A stretch of DNA of 64,000 bases. Source: Nitrosarchaeum sp. Its GTDB lineage: Archaea > Thermoproteota > Nitrososphaeria > Nitrososphaerales > Nitrosopumilaceae. This document shows positions 27,423 to 36,684 of the stretch, in pieces. Where the stretch lies: contig OZ245020.1 in the NCBI GenBank assembly GCA_965223865.1, positions 896,001 to 960,000 on the forward strand, given 5' to 3'. The notes under the pieces were generated by a model. The model saw only the letters and a list, made by a program, of their open reading frames with translations, was not told where the DNA came from and searched no databases. The position numbers were made by a program, and so were the translations under genes. Within the stretch, counting starts at the first letter, position 1. Each line of letters starts with the position of its first letter.

Positions 27423-27625
27423 CTTGGATGTGATCATTTAGTATTTAGATGGTGCTCATGATTTCTATGAACGAATCATTCATGAATTTTTTTAAACAAA
27501 ATTTTCCATTTTTATCTATGGAAAATCGCAATAACCAGAATCAATCATGGGAAGAAGTTAGAGGATTATCTTGGATATTTTTTGAAGAATAATTCTATAA
27601 TTTGTACATCCTACTTTGATTTTAA

Positions 27626-28108
27626 TTATTTTATTGGAAAACAAATAACAAAATCTAGTTTGTTTACATAATATCTTGTGATTGGTTTTTTAAAATTAGG
27701 TGTAATGAAAGTAATTCCTTTGTAACTTTGAAATTTTTTCAAAAGATAATTAATTTCAATGTTTGCATATCTGTCGTGAGAATTGATTTTACTTCGTTTA
27801 CCAAATAAAGCATCTGCCTCATCAAAAAATACAACACCATACATGCCTTTTGCTCTTTCAAGTATTGTGTTAAGGTTTTTTTCTGTCTCACCAATATATT
27901 TTGATGAAACATTAGGAAGTTCAAATATGTAAAGCAATTTATCTTTGGAGTTATTTTTTTGATTTTGTTTGTTCTTCAAATAGTCTTGATCTTCTCTTAG
28001 ATTTTCTGAATTTAGTAACTTGTCCGACAAATAAACTATTTTTCTTTTTGACGTGTTCTTAGGGTTTGTCTTGCTTTTCACAGTTTTTCTAGTATACTTT
28101 GAGATCAA
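27626..28108 (-). CDS. Degenerate AAA+ ATPase domain protein (Afp15/Pvc15-like subfamily), Walker A absent
   Basis: SKYIGETEKNL, FFDEADALFGKRS and HDRYANIEINYLL motifs; no GxxGxGKT in the ORF. Confidence 0.75.
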   Translation of the reverse strand: MISKYTRKTVKSKTNPKNTSKRKIVYLSDKLLNSENLREDQDYLKNKQNQKNNSKDKLLYIFELPNVSSKYIGETEKNLNTILERAKGMYGVVFFDEADALFGKRSKINSHDRYANIEINYLLKKFQSYKGITFITPNFKKPITRYYVNKLDFVICFPIK

Positions 28109-28268
28109 CTATGTCTCTGTTAATTCCTTGATAAATTTAGAATTTACTAATCTTCATAATTGAATTCAATTCTAATGAAAATTGGTAAATGTTAATCATA
28201 AATCAATTTCAAAATATTTGGGTTATTTTGAGTAACCTAATATAGGACACAGAAAACCTCAAAATTAA

Positions 28269-28757
28269 ATGCAAGTAGTAACTGATGACAGACTTCAACT
28301 GTTTGCCAAAATGGAATCAAAATACGAGGAAAAAGATACTGAATATTTCGTGAAACTTTTAGATCATCCTGATTATGTCGTAAGGACAAGAGCAACTTGT
28401 ATTTTAGTTGATTTTGGAGGAGAGGACAAAGTTCCTTACATTGCCAAAGTTCTAAAAAATGATGAAAATGAACTCGTAAGGCATGAAGCAGCTTTTTCTC
28501 TTGGCCAAATGTGCTATTCTAGTGCAATTGAGCCCTTAGCAGATGCAACACTTCATGATCCTAGTATGTTTGTGAGACACGAAGCTGCAATTGCACTTGG
28601 TGTGGTAGGCTCCAAAGAGGCAAAAGAAACTCTAGAAAAGGCACTGAATGATACCGATAAGCCAGTCGTGGAGTCAGCTATTGTTGCATTGTCTAATATT
28701 CAGTTTATGGAAAAGTTAAGTAAGAACGAAAAGTTTGCAAAGTTAACGGGTGGATAA
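28269..28757 (+). CDS. HEAT-repeat protein resembling one half of deoxyhypusine hydroxylase
   Basis: LVRHEAAFSLGQM and FVRHEAAIALG repeats. Confidence 0.85.
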   Translation: MQVVTDDRLQLFAKMESKYEEKDTEYFVKLLDHPDYVVRTRATCILVDFGGEDKVPYIAKVLKNDENELVRHEAAFSLGQMCYSSAIEPLADATLHDPSMFVRHEAAIALGVVGSKEAKETLEKALNDTDKPVVESAIVALSNIQFMEKLSKNEKFAKLTGG

Positions 28758-29558
28758 ATGAATTTTTCAGTTGGTATTATTGCTGCGGTTGGTATGCTTG
28801 TAGCAATAAGCTTAGCCATGATATCCTCAGATCCTGATTTTGTTATAAAACCGACATCTGAGCCAATTACAATACCTGAAGAAAAACCAACTATCTGTAC
28901 AATGGAATATGATCCAGTTTGTGGAGTTGATGGTGTGACTTATGGAAACCAGTGTATGCTTGATGCTGCTGAAATTAAACTAGATTATCAAGGAGAATGT
29001 GTGATGGCTCAACCAGAACCAGAACCAACTCCAGAACCAGAACCAACTCCAGAACCAGAACCAACTCCAGAACCAGAACCAACTCCAGAACCAGAACCAA
29101 CTCCAGAACCAGAACCAACTCCAGAACCAGAACCAACTCCAGAACCAGAACCAACTCCAGAACCAGAACCAACTCCAGAACCAGAACCAACTCCAGAACC
29201 AGAACCAACTCCAGAACCAGAAATATCTCCTTCCTCATCCAAATTATCGGCATCGCCGATAGACTATACAGTTGACATTGCAATAGGTTCCGGAGTTCCT
29301 GGATGTGAAGAAACCCTTGAATGTTATCTTCCATATTCTCTAAATGTTCAAGTTGGTGATACTGTAATTTGGGACAATATTGATACTGCAGCACATACCG
29401 TAACTTCAGGTAGTCCTACTGAAGGTGCTGATGGGTTCTTTGATTCTAGTCTTTTTATGTCTGGCAATACTTTTGAGGTTACTTTTGATGATTCTGGAAC
29501 TTATCCTTACTTCTGTATGGTTCATCCTTGGATGACTGGAAAAGTAATTGTTGAATAA
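28758..29558 (+). CDS. Membrane-anchored Kazal domain plus plastocyanin-like blue copper protein
   Basis: Kazal [20 protein letters not shown]...GEC; PEPEPT linker; type-1 Cu ligands HTVTSG...YFCMVHPWM. Confidence 0.92.
   Translation: MNFSVGIIAAVGMLVAISLAMISSDPDFVIKPTSEPITIPEEKPTICTMEYDPVCGVDGVTYGNQCMLDAAEIKLDYQGECVMAQPEPEPTPEPEPTPEPEPTPEPEPTPEPEPTPEPEPTPEPEPTPEPEPTPEPEPTPEPEPTPEPEPTPEPEISPSSSKLSASPIDYTVDIAIGSGVPGCEETLECYLPYSLNVQVGDTVIWDNIDTAAHTVTSGSPTEGADGFFDSSLFMSGNTFEVTFDDSGTYPYFCMVHPWMTGKVIVE
29013..29222 (+). repeat. Perfect 18-bp tandem repeat, 11 full copies plus a partial (PEPEPT)
   Basis: ccagaaccagaaccaact repeated with no substitutions. Confidence 0.98.
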
Positions 29559-29560
29559 TT

Positions 29561-31639
29561 CTAAAGTGCTGTAACTTTACTGCCATTTTCATTTGCTTCA
29601 AATTTGTAAATTCTTTCTACATTGGAGTCTTCGAAAATTTCAGCATCATGGGTAATTATAATAAATTGCATTGGAGTTACAGAATTTGTTATGTCCGATA
29701 ATTGTGACAATACTCCAACCAATGATTTTTTTCGTTCTACATCAAGATGGATTGTAGGCTCGTCCATAATCATCAAATTGAGATTAGATGCTCCAAGAAG
29801 ACTAGCCATGCCTAATCTTAATGCTAATGCCACACTTACTTGTTCTCCTCCACTAAGTGATTCTAAATCTAACATTTCGTTTTTAGAAAAACAGGCAATT
29901 GAAATTTCTCTTGTTTTCTCTGATAATTGTATTCGGTGAATTTTTGTATTAAGTAGTATAAGATATTCTGACGCTTTTGTAGATATTGTATTTAATGCCC
30001 ACGAACGAAGACTTGTTGCAACTGGCCCATCTCTACTAAAAATATTAGTTTGAATACTGTCTAATCTATTAACATATTCTTTGACAAATTTTACTTCTTT
30101 AATGGCCTCCTGCGTTGATTTAATTTGTTCTTCACCTTGCATAATTTTTTCTGAAATTGCTCCTATCTGTTGATCAATTTGTGATAAAGTGACTTGTTTT
30201 TCATTAATTTCTGTTCTTAGATTTTGAAATTTATTTTCATCAAAATTTTTTGTCTCTGATTCGAGTTTTAAAATATTTTCAAAAATCATTTTTGCATGAG
30301 AGTCTATCTCTGAAATTTCTAATAGATTGTAACTAGCTGACAATGGAATATTTTGAACATTTTGTTTTTTTATTTTGATTTCTTCTTGGATTTTTATAAT
30401 ATCTTCTTTAGTGTTAATAGCATGGGCTCTTAGTGTTGCTTCTGCCTCCTTTGCACTTTGTAATTTCTCAGAGAATTCACTTCTTTTTTTATTGTATATA
30501 GTATACTCTTTTTGGGTATCAAAAATTTGCTGTTGAATTTTTTTTAATTCTTGTTTTAGATGCTCTTCTTGAAATAATGGATTTAGCTTTTCTACTTTAG
30601 AGTCACAAACAGGGCATTTGTTATTCTTTAACTGTAATTTTGTAGCAAGATTTTGTTTTTCTTTTAATGATCCTACTTGACTTGTCATCTCTTGAATTTT
30701 CTTTTGTGTTTCCTGTAATGCTTCCTCTATTTTTTGTATTTTTAATTCCAAGTCATTTCTTAGGCCTGAGTACTCAAAACACCCTTCACAATCGCTAATT
30801 TTACGTTCTTTTTCGTTAATTTCATGCTGAATTTCATGAATTGCTCTTTTTGCATATTCTTGTAGCTCTTTCTTTCTCTGTTCTAGTTGACTGATTTTTT
30901 CAATTTTTGGAGTATCTTTCTCTAATCTCTCCCTTAATTTTGATAATATATTTTGAAGTTGATTTTGTTTTGAAATTAAGTTTTCTTTTTGTGGTTTTGC
31001 ATCTTCTATTTCTTTTTGATATTTTTCTAAATCTCTTTGTAAAATATCAATATGTGTATCATCATAACCAATACTTTCTCTGATCTTTTCACGAAAATCT
31101 TTGTATGCTACTTTCATTGCTTCAGATGCAATGTCAAGCTTGTCTATTCCAATTATTGCATTTAGTAGTTCTTTGAATTCTTTTGGTTTTGCTTTGATGA
31201 TTGAATTTAATTCTCCTTGCTGAACAATTGATGCTATTTTCAGTTTTTCAAAATCCAAACCTATTGTTTTTTCTATTTCACGAGTCATGGACTCTCCGAA
31301 CTGTTTTCTTTCTCCTACAGCAATTTCAACAATCTCTCCGTTGATTATCTCAGAAAATTTAGCTGCCAAACTTCCTTTACTGTCAATTTTTCTTGTACTC
31401 TGATATTGTCTGCCATTTACCGAAAACTCTACTTTGGCAAATCCTTGATTAGAGCCACGTTTGATAAGTCCTTTATTTGATTTTCTGGTGTGTTGTCCAA
31501 ATAAAGCAAAAGTTATTGCATCAATGATGCTAGATTTTCCTGCACCATTGTTTCCCACAAATACTGTTACTCCATTATCAAAATCTAATTTGGTTTCAGA
31601 ATGTGACAAAAAATCTCCTAATTCGATTGATGTAATCAA
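29561..31639 (-). CDS. rad50: DNA double-strand break repair ATPase Rad50
   Basis: GNNGAGKSS, coiled coil, zinc hook CPVC, LSGGE, MDEPT. Confidence 0.95.
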   Translation of the reverse strand: MITSIELGDFLSHSETKLDFDNGVTVFVGNNGAGKSSIIDAITFALFGQHTRKSNKGLIKRGSNQGFAKVEFSVNGRQYQSTRKIDSKGSLAAKFSEIINGEIVEIAVGERKQFGESMTREIEKTIGLDFEKLKIASIVQQGELNSIIKAKPKEFKELLNAIIGIDKLDIASEAMKVAYKDFREKIRESIGYDDTHIDILQRDLEKYQKEIEDAKPQKENLISKQNQLQNILSKLRERLEKDTPKIEKISQLEQRKKELQEYAKRAIHEIQHEINEKERKISDCEGCFEYSGLRNDLELKIQKIEEALQETQKKIQEMTSQVGSLKEKQNLATKLQLKNNKCPVCDSKVEKLNPLFQEEHLKQELKKIQQQIFDTQKEYTIYNKKRSEFSEKLQSAKEAEATLRAHAINTKEDIIKIQEEIKIKKQNVQNIPLSASYNLLEISEIDSHAKMIFENILKLESETKNFDENKFQNLRTEINEKQVTLSQIDQQIGAISEKIMQGEEQIKSTQEAIKEVKFVKEYVNRLDSIQTNIFSRDGPVATSLRSWALNTISTKASEYLILLNTKIHRIQLSEKTREISIACFSKNEMLDLESLSGGEQVSVALALRLGMASLLGASNLNLMIMDEPTIHLDVERKKSLVGVLSQLSDITNSVTPMQFIIITHDAEIFEDSNVERIYKFEANENGSKVTAL

Positions 31640-32778
31640 TTTTCTTTCTCCTTTTTGAATCTCTGAAAATTTTCTACAATGATTTGTACTGCATCCTTTG
31701 TTTGACCTGTTGATAAAAGTGGGAGTAATTCTTTTATGGCAAAATTTGCTGCTTGTTGTGATCCGAGTATTTCTGTTGATAATCTAAACACCTCATCATC
31801 AATCAGATTAGGCCTATCTAGAAAGACTGAAGACTCTGATGCCTTTTTTGAGGATATTCTCCAAAAACATCTCAGAGTAAGTGCCTGCAGGCGTGAAATT
31901 TGTGCCTGAATTTGGTCTATTTCGATTTTTTCACCTTGGATTTTTAACTCAACTATTGGCTTTCTTTGAATTCCTGAAATTTTCTCAGAAATCTCATCAA
32001 TTGATTTTGTTATTTCATCATATTCTGTGTTAAATGAAAATTGAGGCCTTGTATCCAACTTAATCCACTTGGTTCTAGCATCTTGAGATGAGATGTCTAC
32101 TTGGAAAAAACCTTTCTTTGCTTCTTTGATACCCTCACTGGTTGTAAGCTCTATGGATCCTGGATATGCAATTGGTCCATTTAGATGATTAAATTGTTTG
32201 ATGTCTTTGTCATGTAAATGTCCCATGGCATAATATGTAAAATTCTTTGGAAGATCAGTTGATTGTAATTCTCCTGCAAACTTGTTAAATTCTGTAATCC
32301 CTTGATGCATTACTAAGATTTTATGTCCTGTATGATTTTTTACAGCATTATCTATCTCTTTGAACTTGTCTTCATATTGAGTAATCTCTGCTTTTCTTAT
32401 CTTGTCAAATCCAGCTAAGAGAATTCCTTTGTATTCAATAGGTTTTCCTTGACCAATATATTTTGAAAATTCTAAATTGTGATAAACATAGGGAATGGGT
32501 GTAGTACGTATTCTGCTAATATCATGTTCTCCTAAAATGAAAAAAGAATCCACGTTGTTTTGTTTTAGTCTTTTTAGAGCATTTGCCATTTGAACAATTG
32601 CAGTTCCATTTGGGTTTGGGACATGAAAAATATCCCCAGCAAATATTACAAAATCTACATGATCCTTAATTGATGTGTCAATTGCTTGATTAAAAACATG
32701 ATAAACATCTTGCTCTCGCTCTTCAGAGCCATACTGAACTAATCCTAAATGGGTATCTGAGATATGTGAAAATAACAT
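31636..32778 (-). CDS. mre11: DNA repair nuclease Mre11
   Basis: SDTHLG, AGDIFH, GEHD, GHLH and YPGS phosphoesterase motifs. Confidence 0.95.
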   Translation of the reverse strand: MLFSHISDTHLGLVQYGSEEREQDVYHVFNQAIDTSIKDHVDFVIFAGDIFHVPNPNGTAIVQMANALKRLKQNNVDSFFILGEHDISRIRTTPIPYVYHNLEFSKYIGQGKPIEYKGILLAGFDKIRKAEITQYEDKFKEIDNAVKNHTGHKILVMHQGITEFNKFAGELQSTDLPKNFTYYAMGHLHDKDIKQFNHLNGPIAYPGSIELTTSEGIKEAKKGFFQVDISSQDARTKWIKLDTRPQFSFNTEYDEITKSIDEISEKISGIQRKPIVELKIQGEKIEIDQIQAQISRLQALTLRCFWRISSKKASESSVFLDRPNLIDDEVFRLSTEILGSQQAANFAIKELLPLLSTGQTKDAVQIIVENFQRFKKEKEN

Positions 32779-34311
32779 TTAATCTAACAACAAATCTTTC
32801 CGAACTAATCCCTGTGTAGATTCTACTGCAACTTCTGCCATTTTATTTGCATTTGCCCATGCACTTACAGCACTCTGATCTGCTCCCATTGTCTTTTCTT
32901 TGACTTCATCAACATGAACTAGTGATGGCAAATTGGTCCATTGTCCTACTAAAACTGCATCACCTACATTCAGAGATGTTAACTGTGAGATTAACTCACG
33001 ACTGGTAGATTCGGTGGCCGAAGCTATTTGTCTTTGATCATCCTCTTGAATAATTTTCATAATTGCAAAAGAGCCCATTTGACTCAAAACATTAAGATCT
33101 ACGCTTCTTGGTCTCTGAGATACGATGCCGAGACCCAACCCAAACTTTCTTCCTTCTCTTGCAATTTTTGCTGCCCAATACTTTGCACTGGTATCGTGAT
33201 CTTTTGGAATAAACACATGTGCCTCTTCTATAATTACAAAAATTGGAGAATTGAATCTGTATTTTCTCTCTCTCTTTGTCCTTCCATGTCTGGCAATACT
33301 TGCATCCTTTCTGTCTTTTAGAAGTTGTTGCAAATAAAATGCTACTGCAACATTTGCTTGTTTTTCTGATAATTCTGAAATGTTTAGAATATTTGTTCTA
33401 CCCTCCTTGATAAAACTGATAGGATCACCCATATCAGGATCCAAAATATCTTCAAACCTTCTTTGTGCTTCTTCAATAATGTCTTGAACTCTGTACGCCG
33501 ATGTCCTGATCTCTTTTAATTTTTTGTCCTCTGAATTTACAATAAAATCTACTTCATTTTCTAACTTTTTCCAAAATTCTTTTGATTCTTTGACATGTCT
33601 TGTAAAGGACATTCGTAATACGCGCTGTTGAACATTTGCGCCGTCTCTAATCTCTAAAACCTCTGATAATTGATCTGCATCCAAAAGTCTTGGATTAATT
33701 TTTGCATCAATAACATTGATTCGTGGAATGTTTAACGTTGTATAGTCATTGTGATAATCAAAAATTATTACTGTTCCTTTTAGATTTCCAATCTGCTTTG
33801 TGACAAGAGATACTAGATTGCTTTTTCCCATCCCTGTCATAGCTAAAATTCCCAAATGTCTCGAAACTATTTTGTCAAGATTTACTTTCGCATCTATAGT
33901 TTTATTTCTTAATAACTTTCCAATTTTTACCCACCCTTCTTGTGATGAACTAAATATTTCTTCAAGTTCTTCTTTTGTAGGCTGTGTGATTTCTGTGCCT
34001 GGAATCGGAGGTATTGCGGGAATTATCGATTGTCCTTTTTGCAATTTTTCCAAAAATCCTAAAATTCCAATATTTGCAGTAAATGTTTTATCTCTTCTGT
34101 TAATTTCGGCAATTTCTGTTGATTCTTCTGCTTCATCAAAATTTTTTACATCTGCAAAGGCTGCACTTGATACTTTGGATTTTTCAACCAATCCGAGAAT
34201 TTTTCCTTCATCAGTATCAATAATGATGTATTCGCCAACTGATAATGGTCTTGATGTTAATGCAGTGACAAATGTGGGCTTTGATTCTCCAATTACATAA
34301 CCTAAACTCAT
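32779..34311 (-). CDS. herA: HerA helicase/translocase
   Basis: HAS-barrel N-terminus; AMTGMGKS, IEEAH, REGRKFG and SQRP motifs. Confidence 0.95.
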   Translation of the reverse strand: MSLGYVIGESKPTFVTALTSRPLSVGEYIIIDTDEGKILGLVEKSKVSSAAFADVKNFDEAEESTEIAEINRRDKTFTANIGILGFLEKLQKGQSIIPAIPPIPGTEITQPTKEELEEIFSSSQEGWVKIGKLLRNKTIDAKVNLDKIVSRHLGILAMTGMGKSNLVSLVTKQIGNLKGTVIIFDYHNDYTTLNIPRINVIDAKINPRLLDADQLSEVLEIRDGANVQQRVLRMSFTRHVKESKEFWKKLENEVDFIVNSEDKKLKEIRTSAYRVQDIIEEAQRRFEDILDPDMGDPISFIKEGRTNILNISELSEKQANVAVAFYLQQLLKDRKDASIARHGRTKRERKYRFNSPIFVIIEEAHVFIPKDHDTSAKYWAAKIAREGRKFGLGLGIVSQRPRSVDLNVLSQMGSFAIMKIIQEDDQRQIASATESTSRELISQLTSLNVGDAVLVGQWTNLPSLVHVDEVKEKTMGADQSAVSAWANANKMAEVAVESTQGLVRKDLLLD

Positions 34312-35144
34312 CCTAATACCTCTCTTGAACCAATCTCATTACTTAAGCCTAACAAACTAACCATTTTTGCAAGCTCTTTGTCTGATATTTTACAGTTATT
34401 ATGTGCAAGCTTGAGTGCATAAGGATATCCTCCTACACTACTTTTGTAAAGTTTGTTTAATGTTGTTTTGATCTCTTCTTCTGAACGATCTTGTCCTAAA
34501 AATTCTAATTTGATAATTGGAGTTGAATCACTTAATCTTACAAATGTTGATGCGATAACTTTGTCTTGTCCGTATTTTTTTTCTATAAATAATTTTGAAA
34601 ACCCAGAACCTTTTGTCACATGATTGTAATAGAAAATATCTCCTGCTAGTGAACCTAGACTCTCAAATTGTTTTTTGGTGTTTGATGTTTTGGCAATAAA
34701 AATCACGTTGTCTCTTTTTTTCATAGTTCTGACCACTGCTGCATCCAGTGCTGATTGTCTTGTCATAAATTGAGAATGTAGAGAACCATCCATTAATACC
34801 AAATCTGCCTGATCTATGGTTTTCTCACATGCCTCTATCTCCATTCTGCTTGCAATTCTTGAAAGATCTATATCTGAGCCAAGACCTGAATCGTGTAAAT
34901 CTACTAACACCTCCCCATCAGCCTTTATCGCAACTGCAGTGGTTGCCCATAACTCAATTCCTTGAAATTTTGTGTTATTAAAACTCGAATCAATCCCTGC
35001 AGTTATCGCCTCTTCTTTTTTAGGCTCAAATTCTATCCAATTTTCTCTAGCTTTTTGCAAAATTTGCTCAAATTTAGGTCCTTTTAGGATGGAGAGCATC
35101 TTGTCCCTCTTCAAAATTGCATCTTTATAGACAGTATTGAGCAC
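34308..35144 (-). CDS. nurA: NurA nuclease
   Basis: GIDSS, MDGS and GYPYALKLAH motifs; first gene of the nurA-herA-mre11-rad50 operon. Confidence 0.93.
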   Translation of the reverse strand: MLNTVYKDAILKRDKMLSILKGPKFEQILQKARENWIEFEPKKEEAITAGIDSSFNNTKFQGIELWATTAVAIKADGEVLVDLHDSGLGSDIDLSRIASRMEIEACEKTIDQADLVLMDGSLHSQFMTRQSALDAAVVRTMKKRDNVIFIAKTSNTKKQFESLGSLAGDIFYYNHVTKGSGFSKLFIEKKYGQDKVIASTFVRLSDSTPIIKLEFLGQDRSEEEIKTTLNKLYKSSVGGYPYALKLAHNNCKISDKELAKMVSLLGLSNEIGSREVLG

Positions 35145-35370
35145 AAAAATACTTCGTTGGTTTGAATAAAATCTTTAGGTTATACTGATGATTAACCAAT
35201 AAAGAACAGAAATTATGTAATTCAAAGCAAAATTTTATTTAAAAATAATTTATCCACAAAAATTGTTTGCATTTTTTATCTTAAATAGATTAATGACAGA
35301 TCATATTATAATTGTCCCAATTAGCATCTTGGACTAGAATTAATTAAGTGATATTTTCTAGTATTGTTGG

Positions 35371-36189
35371 TTGAAAAGAATTGGGTTGTTAGGATGTGGT
35401 GCCATAGGTACTCAAATTGCACTTGCAATTGAATCAGGAAAAATTCCTGCCAATTTAACTCATGTTTATGATGGTTCCAAAGAATCTTCTGCCTCTTTGG
35501 TTGAAAAACTAAAAAACAAACCTGTAATTGTTGAAAATTCTCATCTCTTATCTTCTCATCCAATTGATATTGTAGTAGAGGCAGCATCACAAGAAGCAGT
35601 CAAAGATGTAGCACTAAGTGTTTTACAAAACAAGCGAGATTTGATGATAATGAGTGTTGGTGCATTGCTTGATGAATCAATCTATGATATTTTGTCTGAT
35701 GCATGCAAAGATTTCAAAAAAACAATATATCTTCCATCTGGTGCAATTGCAGGTTTAGATGGAATAAAATCAATCAAAGAGGAGATTGAATCATTAACTA
35801 TTACAACTACAAAACATCCTCGCTCTCTAAAAGGCGCAAAGTTTTTTGAAAATTCGGAGATTAATTTGGATTTAGTAAATTCTAAAACTACAATTTTTCA
35901 AGGAACTGCCAAAGAAGCTGTCTCTTTGTTTCCTGCAAACATCAACGTTGCAGCATTGTTGTCTTTATGTGGTATTGGAAGTGAAAAGACTCAAGTAACA
36001 ATTGTTGCAGATCCTGCAACCAACAAAAATACTCATCATATTGTAACTAGTGGGAAATTTGGAAAGATGACTTTTACAATTGAGAATTTTCCAGATCCAA
36101 ACAATCCAAAAACTAGCAGATTGGCAATATTATCGGCCATTGAAACTCTGAGAAAATATTGTTCTGATGAGATTCAAATTGGTACGTAA
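35371..36189 (+). CDS. nadX: L-aspartate dehydrogenase (NAD biosynthesis)
   Basis: GCGAIG, VEAAS, SGAIAGLD, FPANINVAA and NPKTS motifs. Confidence 0.93.
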   Translation: MKRIGLLGCGAIGTQIALAIESGKIPANLTHVYDGSKESSASLVEKLKNKPVIVENSHLLSSHPIDIVVEAASQEAVKDVALSVLQNKRDLMIMSVGALLDESIYDILSDACKDFKKTIYLPSGAIAGLDGIKSIKEEIESLTITTTKHPRSLKGAKFFENSEINLDLVNSKTTIFQGTAKEAVSLFPANINVAALLSLCGIGSEKTQVTIVADPATNKNTHHIVTSGKFGKMTFTIENFPDPNNPKTSRLAILSAIETLRKYCSDEIQIGT

Positions 36190-36275
36190 TTTGACAATAA
36201 TTGCCAGAATCGAACTACCCAACTAATAATATCACTTTGGAGATTTAGATGAACAATTAATGGATTTTCATAAAC

Positions 36276-36446
36276 TTAGATAGGATGAACCTCTTCGGGA
36301 TCCCATTTTTTGCATGAGCATCTTTCATCATTAGGCAATACTTTTGTACATCTTGGTTTTGAAACGTTGTTTTGCAGGAACTCCAAGTGGTGTTCAGCAA
36401 AATGTTTGCATTTTTTACATCTTTTGAGAGGTTTTACTTGAGACAA
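36276..36446 (-). CDS. Small Cys/His-rich putative zinc-binding protein (56 aa)
   Basis: Not in the ORF track. TTG-start MSQVKPLKRCKKCKHFAEHHLEFLQNNVSKPRCTKVLPNDERCSCKKWDPEEVHPI. Confidence 0.65.
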   Translation of the reverse strand: MSQVKPLKRCKKCKHFAEHHLEFLQNNVSKPRCTKVLPNDERCSCKKWDPEEVHPI

Positions 36447-36684
36447 TCTTAATACTTATCATGACAAGACCATGTTAAAATATTCTATCATTTCTTGCAG
36501 TCAAGACTTCATAAATTTGGATAGAATTAATCTAAAATAATTCAATAGATTATTTTCACTTTCAAAATTCATACAATACCTTGCATCCTTTGACCATATA
36601 CTATTAAGTCATTTTCTTATCTAGGATTTTCAAATTTGAATATAATATAGACGCTTAAGTATTTCATAATGTAACTGAAATAAA

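Noticed and set aside
28240-28250. ATATAGGACAC shared with 62181-62191 (ATATAGGA also at nirK)
   Set aside because: Chance 11-mer matches are expected in 64 kb of AT-rich DNA, and part of the match is just a TATA box.
29013-29222. Tandem repeat as a CRISPR array
   Set aside because: No spacers, in frame within a CDS, and no cas genes in the window.
28975-29394. ORFs with LVLELV, GSGVGS and RTRTNS repeats
   Set aside because: These are alternative frames of the 18-bp PEPEPT repeat, which has no stop codons in those frames.
29561-35144. HerA plus nuclease as an anti-phage system
   Set aside because: This is the canonical archaeal nurA-herA-mre11-rad50 repair operon.
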